Shown here: in pieces, positions 25,470 through 35,394 of the stretch | How positions within the stretch are numbered: position 1 is the stretch's first letter | Layout of the letters: every line of letters starts with the position of its first letter | DNA from: Camelus dromedarius | Lineage: Eukaryota | Direction: 5' to 3' | Length of the DNA stretch: 63,855 nucleotides | Assembly: GCF_036321535.1 (NCBI RefSeq) | Contig: NC_087444.1 | Span: forward strand, 46,748,146 to 46,812,000 | Made by a program: the position numbers and the translations under genes | Notes under the pieces: model-generated | Seen by the model: only the letters and a program-made list of their open reading frames with translations | What the model was told of the DNA's origin: nothing | Databases searched by the model: none

Positions 25470-26924
25470 CTGGGAGTTAAAAGGAGAATTATGGTATTCA
25501 CTCATTACTAATAATTGTGTATCAGCCTTTAATTCTTTTGGTTCCTTTCTGATCTGAAGTAACAGCTTCTGATAGGCCTTCAACTCCAAAACCTACATTT
25601 AATCCATCCTTCCCACAAATCAGAAAACTTGGTCTACGGAAATGCCCGGAAACAGGAGGCCTTCTATAAATATGGCGGGTGATCCCTCTGCTTAGTTCAT
25701 TAAAAAAAAAAAAAAAAAGAAAGAAAGAAATCTGCTGCTGTTTTGCCAATTTCAAAAGCCATGTAAGCCCCAGGATGCCACAAGCGCATGCCTTTCCTGC
25801 CTTCCCATCTCCCTACCCTCGCCGCCACCACCAAAAAAGTCCCACCGCTGTGATGGGAAAAATGCCATTCCTAACACGTTTTATATACATAGCCGCCTCA
25901 TGTGAGGGTTGTATTTCCCCTCTGCACACACAAATTACAGAGATATGCTCTGCCTGATAATGAGGGCTAAAGGTTCAACTTGTGAAGAAACTTGGTTTAA
26001 GATGTTATCAGCTGGGAAAGCTATTTCCTCACATCAACATTGCCACGGGCTGTCAAAAACCCAACCAGGGCTCTCCTCTTCAAAAGTCCAGGAACATTTT
26101 TTTTTTCCCTGTCTTTCTTCCCCCTCCCCATCACCCCCCTTTTAAAAAAAAAAAAAAGAAGAAGAAGAAGAAGAAAGGCACAGAACCCACTGAGATAGCC
26201 TTGGTCCCATCAAAGAGAGGTCGATCTCGGGTCTTCCTTCATTTACTGATTGTCAGTGTAAGATGGCTCTTTTGTGAGGCCTCTGTGGCTCGATGCTGAG
26301 TGACGCCTTCACATTTTCTAAACTGGACTAGGCACCACCGAAGATTTTCAGCGTGCTCGGATCCACAGCCCGGCAGAACAAATAAACATTCCTCTCAGCC
26401 TTTTTGCCTACTTTATCTCCCTCTCCGGGAACAAGAGGGTTTGGGGGTGCTAATGTTTACACAACGTTCAAACTTTCTTCCCCCTGTTTCCTGAATTTGA
26501 GAAAACACATCCTGGATGACCTCGGCTGAGAGATAACACCAAGTCACCACCCGGTGCCACGTCTACTGGACCACTTAAGGCTGCCGTCTTCATCCCGTCC
26601 CTCCCCTCCCCCACCCCTCACAGCCTGACCAAGGAAAGCAGGAGATAAGCTAGACTGTCTTGAAAGGCAGGCACAAAGGCAGGAGTCTCCAAGAGGCTGC
26701 CAACAAAGCGGCCTTTTATTCCCACCTAAAGATGCACTTGGTTCAGTTCATCTCAAAGACCCACTGATTTGAATGAACATCTCAGCCGAGTTGACCAAAT
26801 GAATCCTCAAAAATGTCCCCAGAAGACAGATTTTGGCATTCTTCCATTATGTGCTATTGAGATGAGGGAGCTGAGAGTGATCAAGAATGTCTGCAGGGAA
26901 AGAATTCAGGGAAAATGCTTCTTT

Positions 26925-27075
26925 GATCCGTTTCCTCATCTGTAAAGGGGTGTATGTAACAGCACCTAGAGTGCTTGAGACGATTACATAAGACCATCCA
27001 TCTAAAGCACGTTGCCCAGGGCTTGGCACATATAAAATGCTTGACAGATATCAGAAATTGTTATTGCTGTCATCG
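26925..27075 (+). mobile_element. MIR SINE
   Basis: gtttcctcatctgtaaagggg ... aaagcacgttgcccagggcttggcacatataaaatgcttga. Confidence 0.75.
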
Positions 27076-27662
27076 GCAGCATTATGTGTTTTAAAAATCA
27101 GGAAAAAAGATCACAGAAGATAATGGATACTGATTTTTTTTAATCCTAAAATACCACAGTCATGAATTTGAATAATTACTTAATATTTTTCCCAAAGCAC
27201 TTTCACAGTAGTTCCCATTTTTTCCTCCTCCTACTAGTATAGAAATCACTCTATTTTATTTGTTTCACTAAAAGCTACAGAACCACAGCAGCCTGCCTGG
27301 GATCACATAACTCTCAGGACAGTTGTGTGGGTGACCGCTGGGATGCCCGGGCTGCTGGGGGACAAGAAAGCCTGTCCCAGTTGTGGAACCTGGGGTCTTG
27401 GGGCAGTGAGTCAAAGCCAGACCTCAGAACCCAGGTGGCAACTTTTGTGGAAACACAAAGTGATCCATGTGTTTNNNNNNNNNNNNNNNNNNNNNNNNNN
27501 NNNNNNNNNNNNNNNNNNNNNNNNNNNNNNNNNNNNNNNNNNNNNNNNNNNNNNNNNNNNNNNNNNNNNNNNNNNNNNNNNNNNNNNNNNNNNNNNNNNN
27601 NNNNNNNNNNNNNNNNNNNNNNNNNNNNNNNNNNNNNNNNNNNNNNNNNNNNNNNNNNNNNN

Positions 27663-27847
27663 AAAAAAGAGAAGAAAGAGAAAAAGGGAAGAAGAGGAGA
27701 AAAGAGAGAGAGATTCAAAAGAAAGAGGAAAGGGGAGGGAAGAGAGAAAAGGAAGCAAGAAAGAGAAAAAAAGAAGGAAGAAAGAGAAGAAAGAAAAGAA
27801 AAGAAAGAGAGAGAAAGGGAGGAAAAAAGGTGAAGAGGGGAAAAAAA
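27663..27847. repeat. Polypurine (A/G) low-complexity tract
   Basis: About 185 nt almost entirely A/G (only ttc, c and t interruptions). Confidence 0.95.
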
Positions 27848-27919
27848 GTGTTGTTTATAAAAGCCAGCTGCTTGGGTCTTGGCGCCAGCAGCCCCTCATC
27901 CCGCTATTTGACGCTCGCA
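27848..27919 (+). promoter_or_regulatory. Putative TATA-containing core promoter or conserved element
   Basis: TGTTTAT forkhead site overlapping TATAAAAG (27856-27863), CAGCTG E-box, CA initiator at 27886-27887, several CpGs. Confidence 0.3.
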
Positions 27920-28338
27920 NNNNNNNNNNNNNNNNNNNNNNNNNNNNNNNNNNNNNNNNNNNNNNNNNNNNNNNNNNNNNNNNNNNNNNNNNNNNNNNNN
28001 NNNNNNNNNNNNNNNNNNNNNNNNNNNNNNNNNNNNNNNNNNNNNNNNNNNNNNNNNNNNNNNNNNNNNNNNNNNNNNNNNNNNNNNNNNNNNNNNNNNN
28101 NNNNNNNNNNNNNNNNNNNNNNNNNNNNNNNNNNNNNNNNNNNNNNNNNNNNNNNNNNNNNNNNNNNNNNNNNNNNNNNNNNNNNNNNNNNNNNNNNNNN
28201 NNNNNNNNNNNNNNNNNNNNNNNNNNNNNNNNNNNNNNNNNNNNNNNNNNNNNNNNNNNNNNNNNNNNNNNNNNNNNNNNNNNAACGGGCTTCTTATGAT
28301 AGGAAATGGGATTTGATTTCTAGCCTCTGCATACTTAC

Positions 28339-28565
28339 TGAAAGCCTTTTCTTGACCTTTATGGAGTTTACAAAATCATTGTTCTTTCTCCCCCCACGTT
28401 TCCCAAGTAGCGTAATAGATTCGTTTGTTTCAGGAGAGTCCACACTTCGTCACTGTTCCATGCAGTCTATGTAATAAAGCTGATTCATTCAGAGGTGAAA
28501 GAAACGGAATAATTATTCTTGCCAAAAGCACCCAGGAATCATTCTAGCTTCTGAGCATTCACCTT
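28339..28565 (-). other. Candidate non-coding (UTR or poison) exon, 227/224 nt
   Basis: T-rich acceptor ending tctttgtctttaaag|AAG (NAGNAG), donor TTTCA|gtaagt. Stops in all three frames. Confidence 0.28.
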
Positions 28566-29419
28566 CTTTAAAGACAAAGAAAAAAAAAACACCCTGAAAT
28601 CTATACAGTAGTGGGGAAAGCCTTACAGACATACTTTTACTACCCTCACCTCCCTTTCCCATCACTCTGAAATGAAGCCATTCGATTCAGGGAAGAATGT
28701 CCCCTTATTTTCCAGTTGTTCCACTGTCTGAGTGACACTCCGGTCCAGGCAAATGGGGAAGATGTCACTTCAGGAGCAATTCTATCCAACTTAACAGTCT
28801 CCTAGCTTTATCCATTACTAAAATCTTAGCAGACTGTTACTTTCAGTCTAAGGGGAACAGATACACATTGCCACAATGTTTTCCTTTCAAGGATTTTCAA
28901 ATGACAGCACTAAAAATGGTAATACCATCAGTAGCTTCCTTTGTCAGTTCTGACATGTGTTGGCGGGGGAGGCTTTGTTGGCACCTTTCACTAGAAAATA
29001 TTTATATAATGCTTCCCGTCTCGGAATTTTTAGGTGTTGAAATTATCCTCACTCCAGAAGACACCATATATGGGAAATTCCACTTGACTGCCTATTCATT
29101 AGCAGGGCTGTAATTGCTTCTACCGCTGAAATGAGCTAACAGCACATTTAGAGCTCGAGCCAATGGGAAATACCCTGCCTCCCTGCTGCCTCGCCTTCCT
29201 CGGAAGCTGCTGGTACTTTCTAGGATGAGTGAATTGACTGAAAAACAGTCTCACCAAACAGACAGCATGAGCAAGACTCTTGGAAGAAAGAAGAGGCAAA
29301 GGTCTTGAGTGTGACTCAGTGATGTGGCAACAAAGACCCAACACAAGACTCCTACAAAGACAAGAGAGTGTTGTCACTGACCACTATCTTCTAGAGAGTG
29401 ATTTTGTTTTATTAGAGTA

Positions 29420-29525
29420 TGCTCCATAAGGTACGATGAGAATGTGATTCCCATTTCATAGATGGGAAAACTGAGATTGGGAAGGTGAAATGCCCAAGAG
29501 TAAATACACAGCAGTAGCAGAAGCG
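29420..29525 (-). mobile_element. MIR fragment
   Basis: cccatttcatagatgggaaaactgagattgggaaggtgaaatgcccaag. Confidence 0.7.
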
Positions 29526-30704
29526 CAAGCATGCTAATCTTTACATTCCTTGCTGACTGTTCACTATGATGGGAGATGTATGTTAATTATGTAATAGATA
29601 ATACACAAAAGTATTGTGTATTCTGCTTTATGTTATATACACACACCTAATAAAAAGTAATACACATAAAAGTACCTTTCTGAAGCCTCATCCATGGAAA
29701 TAAACCTACCATAGCTGCAAAATCTTTGGTAAAGAAAATAGAAAGGTTTAAATGACAGCCACGACACAAAGCAGTACCACCTGGGTCTAGAATTAAGTAA
29801 GGACGTATGTATACATTTCACGTAATGAATCCTAGAATGACAGCTGACTTCTCTCCAGTTACTTTAGCAGTGCCTCGCCTCATCTTTGTCTTTTCATCAC
29901 AAACTATTCACTCTATACATAAAAAGCCAGAATTCTCCCAATGCCACCATGGCACATGCCTGCCCCCAATTCCCCGCCACCACTTGGAAGAATCTCCCTG
30001 CACTCATCTGGCTGTTGTCGGAGCCCGTTAATTAAAGGTGAGGGATGGCGAGCTACACCAAGCGCTAAGTAACTGAAACTTGGATGATGTCTGGTTGAAA
30101 AGTGGCTTAGCATCTCCCAATCCTTGGGCAAGTGAGAAGTTACCCGAGCTCTCCATCAGGTCGGCAGCTCCCTCCTTCCCCCCAACATCAGGAGCACAAA
30201 GGCTGAAGTGGTCTGTCATGCACACTGGATTACATGAAGTGTAAAACATTGGGGGGGGGAGGGAGGGGCAGGGGAGGCCTTTGAAAGGGAACGGGAAAGA
30301 GAAATCACACTTGCGAGAGGCTCCAGCTGACAGCTCAGTCCCTAACAAGTGAGACAAGTGAATATGTTTGGAAACCTTGTGGATGCGGGAGGAGTGGGGG
30401 CCTTTNNNNNNNNNNNNNNNNNNNNNNNNNNNNNNNNNNNNNNNNNNNNNNNNNNNNNNNNNNNNNNNNNNNNNNNNNNNNNNNNNNNNNNNNNNNNNNN
30501 NNNNNNNNNNNNNNNNNNNNNNNNNNNNNNNNNNNNNCCCCTGCTTCTGCCCACCCCCCCCTTCACAGTAACATTCAAACCAAGTCCCTGGTGGACATTT
30601 TAACTGCTCGGGAGAGTGAGACCAGAAGGTCCAGTTGAGACCCTTCTACTATCCCCAGGCCTAGAAAACTGCTCCCCCCAAAGTAGCAGTCACAGCACGG
30701 GGTC

Positions 30705-30855
30705 CATTTATTTAGTGCTTACTATGTGCCAGATATCGCCACGAGCACTTTATCAATATGATCTCACGTCGTTGAGAAAATAACCGTATATGCGGCACCT
30801 CTATTTTTTAAATGAGGAAACTGAGGCATGGAGAGAGCAAGTAACTCCCCAAAGG
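30705..30855 (-). mobile_element. MIR SINE
   Basis: catttatttagtgcttactatgtgccaga ... aaatgaggaaactgaggcatggagagagcaagtaact. Confidence 0.8.
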
Positions 30856-30859
30856 AAGA

Positions 30860-30969
30860 AAGAAGTTTGGTTTTAGACACGTGAAGCTGGAAATGCTGTG
30901 GGACATGCAGCAGACAGGGGTCTGAGGTAGGAGAGGAAGTGTAAGTCAGACCTGAAGATCTGGGGAAAT

Positions 30970-30970
<1 letters not shown>
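30860..30970 (-). mobile_element. L2 fragment
   Basis: gaagtttggttttagacacgtgaagctggaaatgctgtgggacatgcag. Confidence 0.55.
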
Positions 30971-31027
<57 letters not shown>

Positions 31028-31044
31028 CACGTGCATACACACAC
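30970..31044. repeat. (CA)n microsatellite
   Basis: Near-perfect CA run 30970-31025 (one aa interruption) with degenerate extension. Confidence 0.97.
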
Positions 31045-31070
31045 CATTCTGCACTTTAAATGTCCCTGTA

Positions 31071-31169
31071 ACCAGAAATTGACACAACATTGTAAACTGA
31101 CTATACTTCAATAAAAATATTTTTAAAAAATTAAAAAAAAAACTACTAAGAAAACAATACTCACAAAAA
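31071..31169 (+). mobile_element. Young, severely 5'-truncated camelid L1 with TSD
   Basis: accagaaattgacacaacattgtaaactgactatacttcaat + A-rich tail; TSD aaatgtccctgta (31058-31070) / aaatgtctctgta (31170-31182), preceded by ttt. Confidence 0.88.
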
Positions 31170-31309
31170 AAATGTCTCTGTATCTGAGTTGGGAACAGGA
31201 CAGCACAGAACTGAAATTTAAGCGGAGCTGATGGGGCAGGTAATGAAGAGAAGGTTATGGCGGGCGGGGCAGGAGGGCTTTCTTCCTGTCCGTGTGGGTT
31301 TTAGGATGG

Positions 31310-31530
31310 GGAGACAGAACACAGGGTCTGGAGTCCGACTGCATTCATTGCTAAGCTGGCCACGGGCAGGTGACTTCCCCTTTCTGAACCTCAGTCTCCT
31401 CACCTGTAAAATGAGGGGACATCTAGCACCTACTTCAAAGGATGGACAGGATTCAATTTTTTACACGTCAGGCCCTTCCAGAATAGTGCCTGACACATGG
31501 TAAGCAGGGGTTAGGTATTAGCTACTTTTG
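31310..31530 (+). mobile_element. MIR SINE
   Basis: ctgaacctcagtctcctcacctgtaaaatgaggggac ... agaatagtgcctgacacatggtaagc. Confidence 0.8.
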
Positions 31531-31694
31531 AGTACGAATCACTGAGAGCCACAGGAAAGCTACTAAATTTGATCATCATTCATCTACTACCTCAGCCTTT
31601 CTTTTTCCCTCTCTCCCCATTCAGTGTTGAGCGTCTGTAGCAGTTAAGCTGACATCTCTAACGTGGATGCCTTCTGGCTGGTGATGATGGTGAT

Positions 31695-32165
31695 GATGTA
31701 GCAGCTAACATGACTGAACACTCACTACCTGCCCAGTGCTGTTCACGGGCATGGTATCACTGAATCCTAAAATTAAGTCTATGAGATAATGAGGAAACTG
31801 AGGAATGGAGATTTTGCAGATTAAAAAAAAATAACTGAGATGTAGAAAGGTTAAGCCATCGGCCAAATTTTACACCATCAGTAAGCAATTGAGCCAAATC
31901 TAACGCAGGCATCAGACTCCAGGGACCAAAGCTAACATACAGGTGAACCGATTCACACTTTACAAAGGGCTTTCACGAGCACGATCTCATGCAATTCTCA
32001 TAAAAACTATGTGAGTTGCGCAGACCGAGTATTATGCACCACATTACTACAGACAAGGGCTCTGAGGCTTGGCTACATTAAATAACTCACCCAATATCAA
32101 AATTAGTATAGGAGTCAAGCTACGACCGGAAGGCAGGTGTGCCAGCCCCAGGCCCAGCACGCTTT
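31695..32165 (-). mobile_element. Two adjacent MIR-family fragments (~31695-31940, ~31955-32165)
   Basis: agctaacatgactgaacactcactacctgcccagtgc; aatgaggaaactgagg; ctttacaaagggctttcac...atctcatgcaattctcataaaaactatgtgag. Confidence 0.65.
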
Positions 32166-32989
32166 ATACACACAGAACACATAGAACAGACACTACTGAA
32201 GGCAAATGCCCGTATGATAAATCAGTCAGCCTGAGCCTCAGCTATAAGGTGGTCATTTGTGAGGCCACGGTACCTGGCCACCAGGAGCTTATGATCTAGG
32301 TAGGGAAGTAAAATACATACACAGGGTGAAGCGTGACCAAGGAGGTTACATAAATTAACTGCTGAATGCAATAAAGCTCTTGGAATTGATTTTGATTTAT
32401 AAAACAGTTACTCGACTAGAATGTCCTGTTCATGGCCTCGCATAACCTTAACATTCTCATCTAATCCTGATCTGCTAAGTACTCTTGTCCTTTTCATTTT
32501 GATGCAATGAAAACTAAAATGCAGACCTGTAAGAACAAAGATACAGCTAATAAATTTCACCACCTACGCCTGCCCACCCTTAAAAAAGTCTTATTTTTCT
32601 TAAGATTCCTGAGGTCAGAGTTGAGTCTCGCTGTAGTGAAGAAGCTCATGCTATTGACAATGTGACTATTAAAACTCTAAATGAAGTAACAATCTGGTAG
32701 GGAAAGATAATTCAGTGAAAGTCACGTGGGCAGAGCTGCTGCACTTGTCCCCAGATAACATCTACCTAAGACAAATGCAGTCCCTGCTGGGCCACTCTCT
32801 GGAAACACCACTGTCTGCCAAGTCTTCAATGTCAGCATTACTTACTACTCGGCACATATCTATTCAGAAAAGACACACACACACACAATTTGGGGATACA
32901 GTTCTCAAATAGGAATTCAGGACCTATTTAAGTGCCTATTAAACCAGCAATTTAAGTATATATTACTAATGCATTGATAGTAGCTATGA

Positions 32990-33105
32990 GAATATATATA
33001 TATATATAACTGAATCACTATGCTGTACACCAGAAATTAATGCAACATTGTAAACCGACTCTACTTCAGTTTAAAAAAAAAAAAAGGCAAAATAAACATT
33101 TTTAA
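32990..33105 (+). mobile_element. Young, severely 5'-truncated camelid L1 with TSD
   Basis: gaatatatata...actgaatcactatgctgtacaccagaaattaatgcaacattgtaaaccgac + polyA; TSD atagtagctatga at 32977-32989 and 33106-33118. Confidence 0.9.
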
Positions 33106-33194
33106 ATAGTAGCTATGAAAAGAAAAACACATTTCGGTGGCTATATAAAATATAATCAGGCCAGTACTAATACCAATAACAAAAACAGTAACAA

Positions 33195-33615
33195 AAACCA
33201 TCACTAGTTGAACGACTACCACGAACCAAGCTCTGTCCTGATCACTTTTCATGTTTTCCTCATTAAATCCTCACAACAGTTCAATGAAGCAGGTTTCATT
33301 ATTATCTCAATTTATTGATAAGAAAATCAAGGTACAAAAATATTAAGTACCTCGTCTCAGATCCCACCACTGGTAAGAGGTGGGGTCAGGATGCAAACCT
33401 AGGCAGTCTGGTAGCAGAGGTCACTCCCTCACGCATTAAACTATGTAATGACTCAGGAACACCTTCTATGAGGTGGGGTTACAGCATCTCATTTAATCCT
33501 TCCAACAACCCCACAAAATTGGTTGGTATCACTAACAAACTCATTTTACAAGTGCTTAATAACTGGCCCAGGGTCTCACTGCCGGTGGGCGGCAGAGTAA
33601 GAATGACTAGTAGAA
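33195..33615 (-). mobile_element. Two MIR fragments (~33195-33445, ~33480-33615)
   Basis: cattaaatcctcacaacag...; ggatgcaaacctaggcagtctgg; atctcatttaatccttccaacaacccca. Confidence 0.7.
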
Positions 33616-35280
33616 CTGAGGTAAACGGTATTAAGTTCTTGGCAGTGATTTCAGTGCAGATGAGGGCTCGGAGATGGTCTCTACTTGTGGAAGAAAGAAT
33701 GGCTTGTTCACTTCCGGATGCCTGGAGTCCCATGTGGACACACAAACAGAAGACCTGAGGTCACGGGGACTAGTACGATTTTTGGAATACAGAAGACAAC
33801 ACCAGATGCTTGGTGAGCCTCCTGTCCACCGAGGCTCTTCAGATATCTCGGATCCTTCCTAGCTATAATGTCCAAATCATGGTTGAAAATGACAATATCG
33901 TTTAGGATTTTTTTCACCCTTTCTCACATTTATGAATATTACATCTGAAAGGAATACGAGCGTCAGGCGGAACCACTGATTTCTGAATGCTAGCATTATC
34001 CAGAAAGTTACAAGAGTCGCTGAGTTTGGCAGATGCTACCCTGTTTATATGTTTAGTGCCACTGACAGCAGCCATCATCAGATCTTATATGAGGCTTAAG
34101 CAATAGAAGTGTCGCTTCCTTCTGGTCAGGAGTATACCTACTGTTCACATAAGCATTTAGTTTTAGAATGTGACTGAAAGAACATCTACAGATTTAGCAG
34201 AATTTGTATGCGAAGTTTATGGAAATGAGATTTTCGACTCCAGACTTCTCAGGAATTTATAGAGGGAAACTATCACCACACTGCATTCATTTCCTTAAAT
34301 CATTCCAACTGCGATTTGGACTAAAAGAAACAAAGGACAACCCCACGAGAACACAGAGGGGCTCAGCACACGAGTAGGGTATCTGGTACCTGTCAGCATA
34401 AGCAGTAATGGGCATCTGCCCAGTGGTCCGCCTTTGCCCTTTCACTCATCTTTCAATGCCTCCCATTTATAGAACGCTTAAGTTCTAGGGCTGTAAATGA
34501 CATTTCATTCATTGTTAGGGAAAGAAAGTGATTATTCCAACTTCAATTATGAATACCTTTGAAAAGCTATACCCTCAATGAAGCACCTTGCTATAAACAG
34601 GTACAGACCATGTGAGAGTTGACCTTAGCTTTGAAAATGTAATGTGGTCACCACAGATGTTGCTTTGAGAGCCCCAAGGACAACAAAAACCACATTTCTG
34701 TCTGGAGGGATACGATCTAAAACCTGTTAATACTATTGCTGTTGGCATGAATTCTTACTTAACTCCAACTGGCTGTGCTCAGAACGGTTTTATGCTTTGA
34801 TAAGCAGATATTATTGGCTCATCTTATAGAGATAATTGCCTCTCCTGCCTTGTTTAATGGTTATACATTCCATACCCAAAGATTAAACCATTGTAGAAAG
34901 CCCGTGATGGGCACAGTCCTTTCATGCTGAAACTGTCTCCATGAGACTGAGCAGGGACACTTTAACTTTGGGGTTTACACAATGGGTTTTCTGAAAGGAT
35001 TAGAAAAATGGGCAACAACTGAACCTCCTCCTCCCTCCTGTTCAAGTCTACCACCTGCTGCGGCATTTTTGTTTCAGTAACAAAGAAGCCTTCATGTTTG
35101 AGGCTCATATTTAATGTTTGCTGAACTGGCCCCCTTTCATTTTGGTTAACTCTTAAGGAGCAGAAAAAGAAAGATTTCTTGCCTAACAAACAAATAAACA
35201 CACTAACAATACTTCCCTGATTGACCTGCAACAAATAAATATACATGTGTCTAGGAACACACGTGCACTGGCCTGCTTAC

Positions 35281-35394
35281 CTCTGTACGCCACCCCGAAG
35301 TCAGGAGATGCTCTATTTATATTTAATAAAGCATCATCAGTCACTGAGAGCCGCATAACACTTGTGATTTCATGGTTTGCTACAGTAACAGGTG
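35281..35394 (-). other. Candidate cassette exon, 114 nt, phase 1-1 frame open
   Basis: T-rich acceptor ending ttaacactttacattcctgtttaccacag|CACC with TTAAC branch-like motif; donor CAGAG|gtaagc. Open frame PVTVANHEITSVMRLSVTDDALLNINRASPDFGVAYR. Confidence 0.33.

Noticed and set aside
27430-27445. CTCF site (cccaggtggca)
   Set aside because: The 5' half of the motif mismatches; only the core is present.
27314-28474. Long ORFs of 115-335 aa, including Lys/Glu/Arg-rich ones
   Set aside because: They are artefacts of N-runs read as X plus the A/G low-complexity tract.
33315-33758. 147-aa plus-strand ORF
   Set aside because: Runs through MIR relics; composition is not protein-like.
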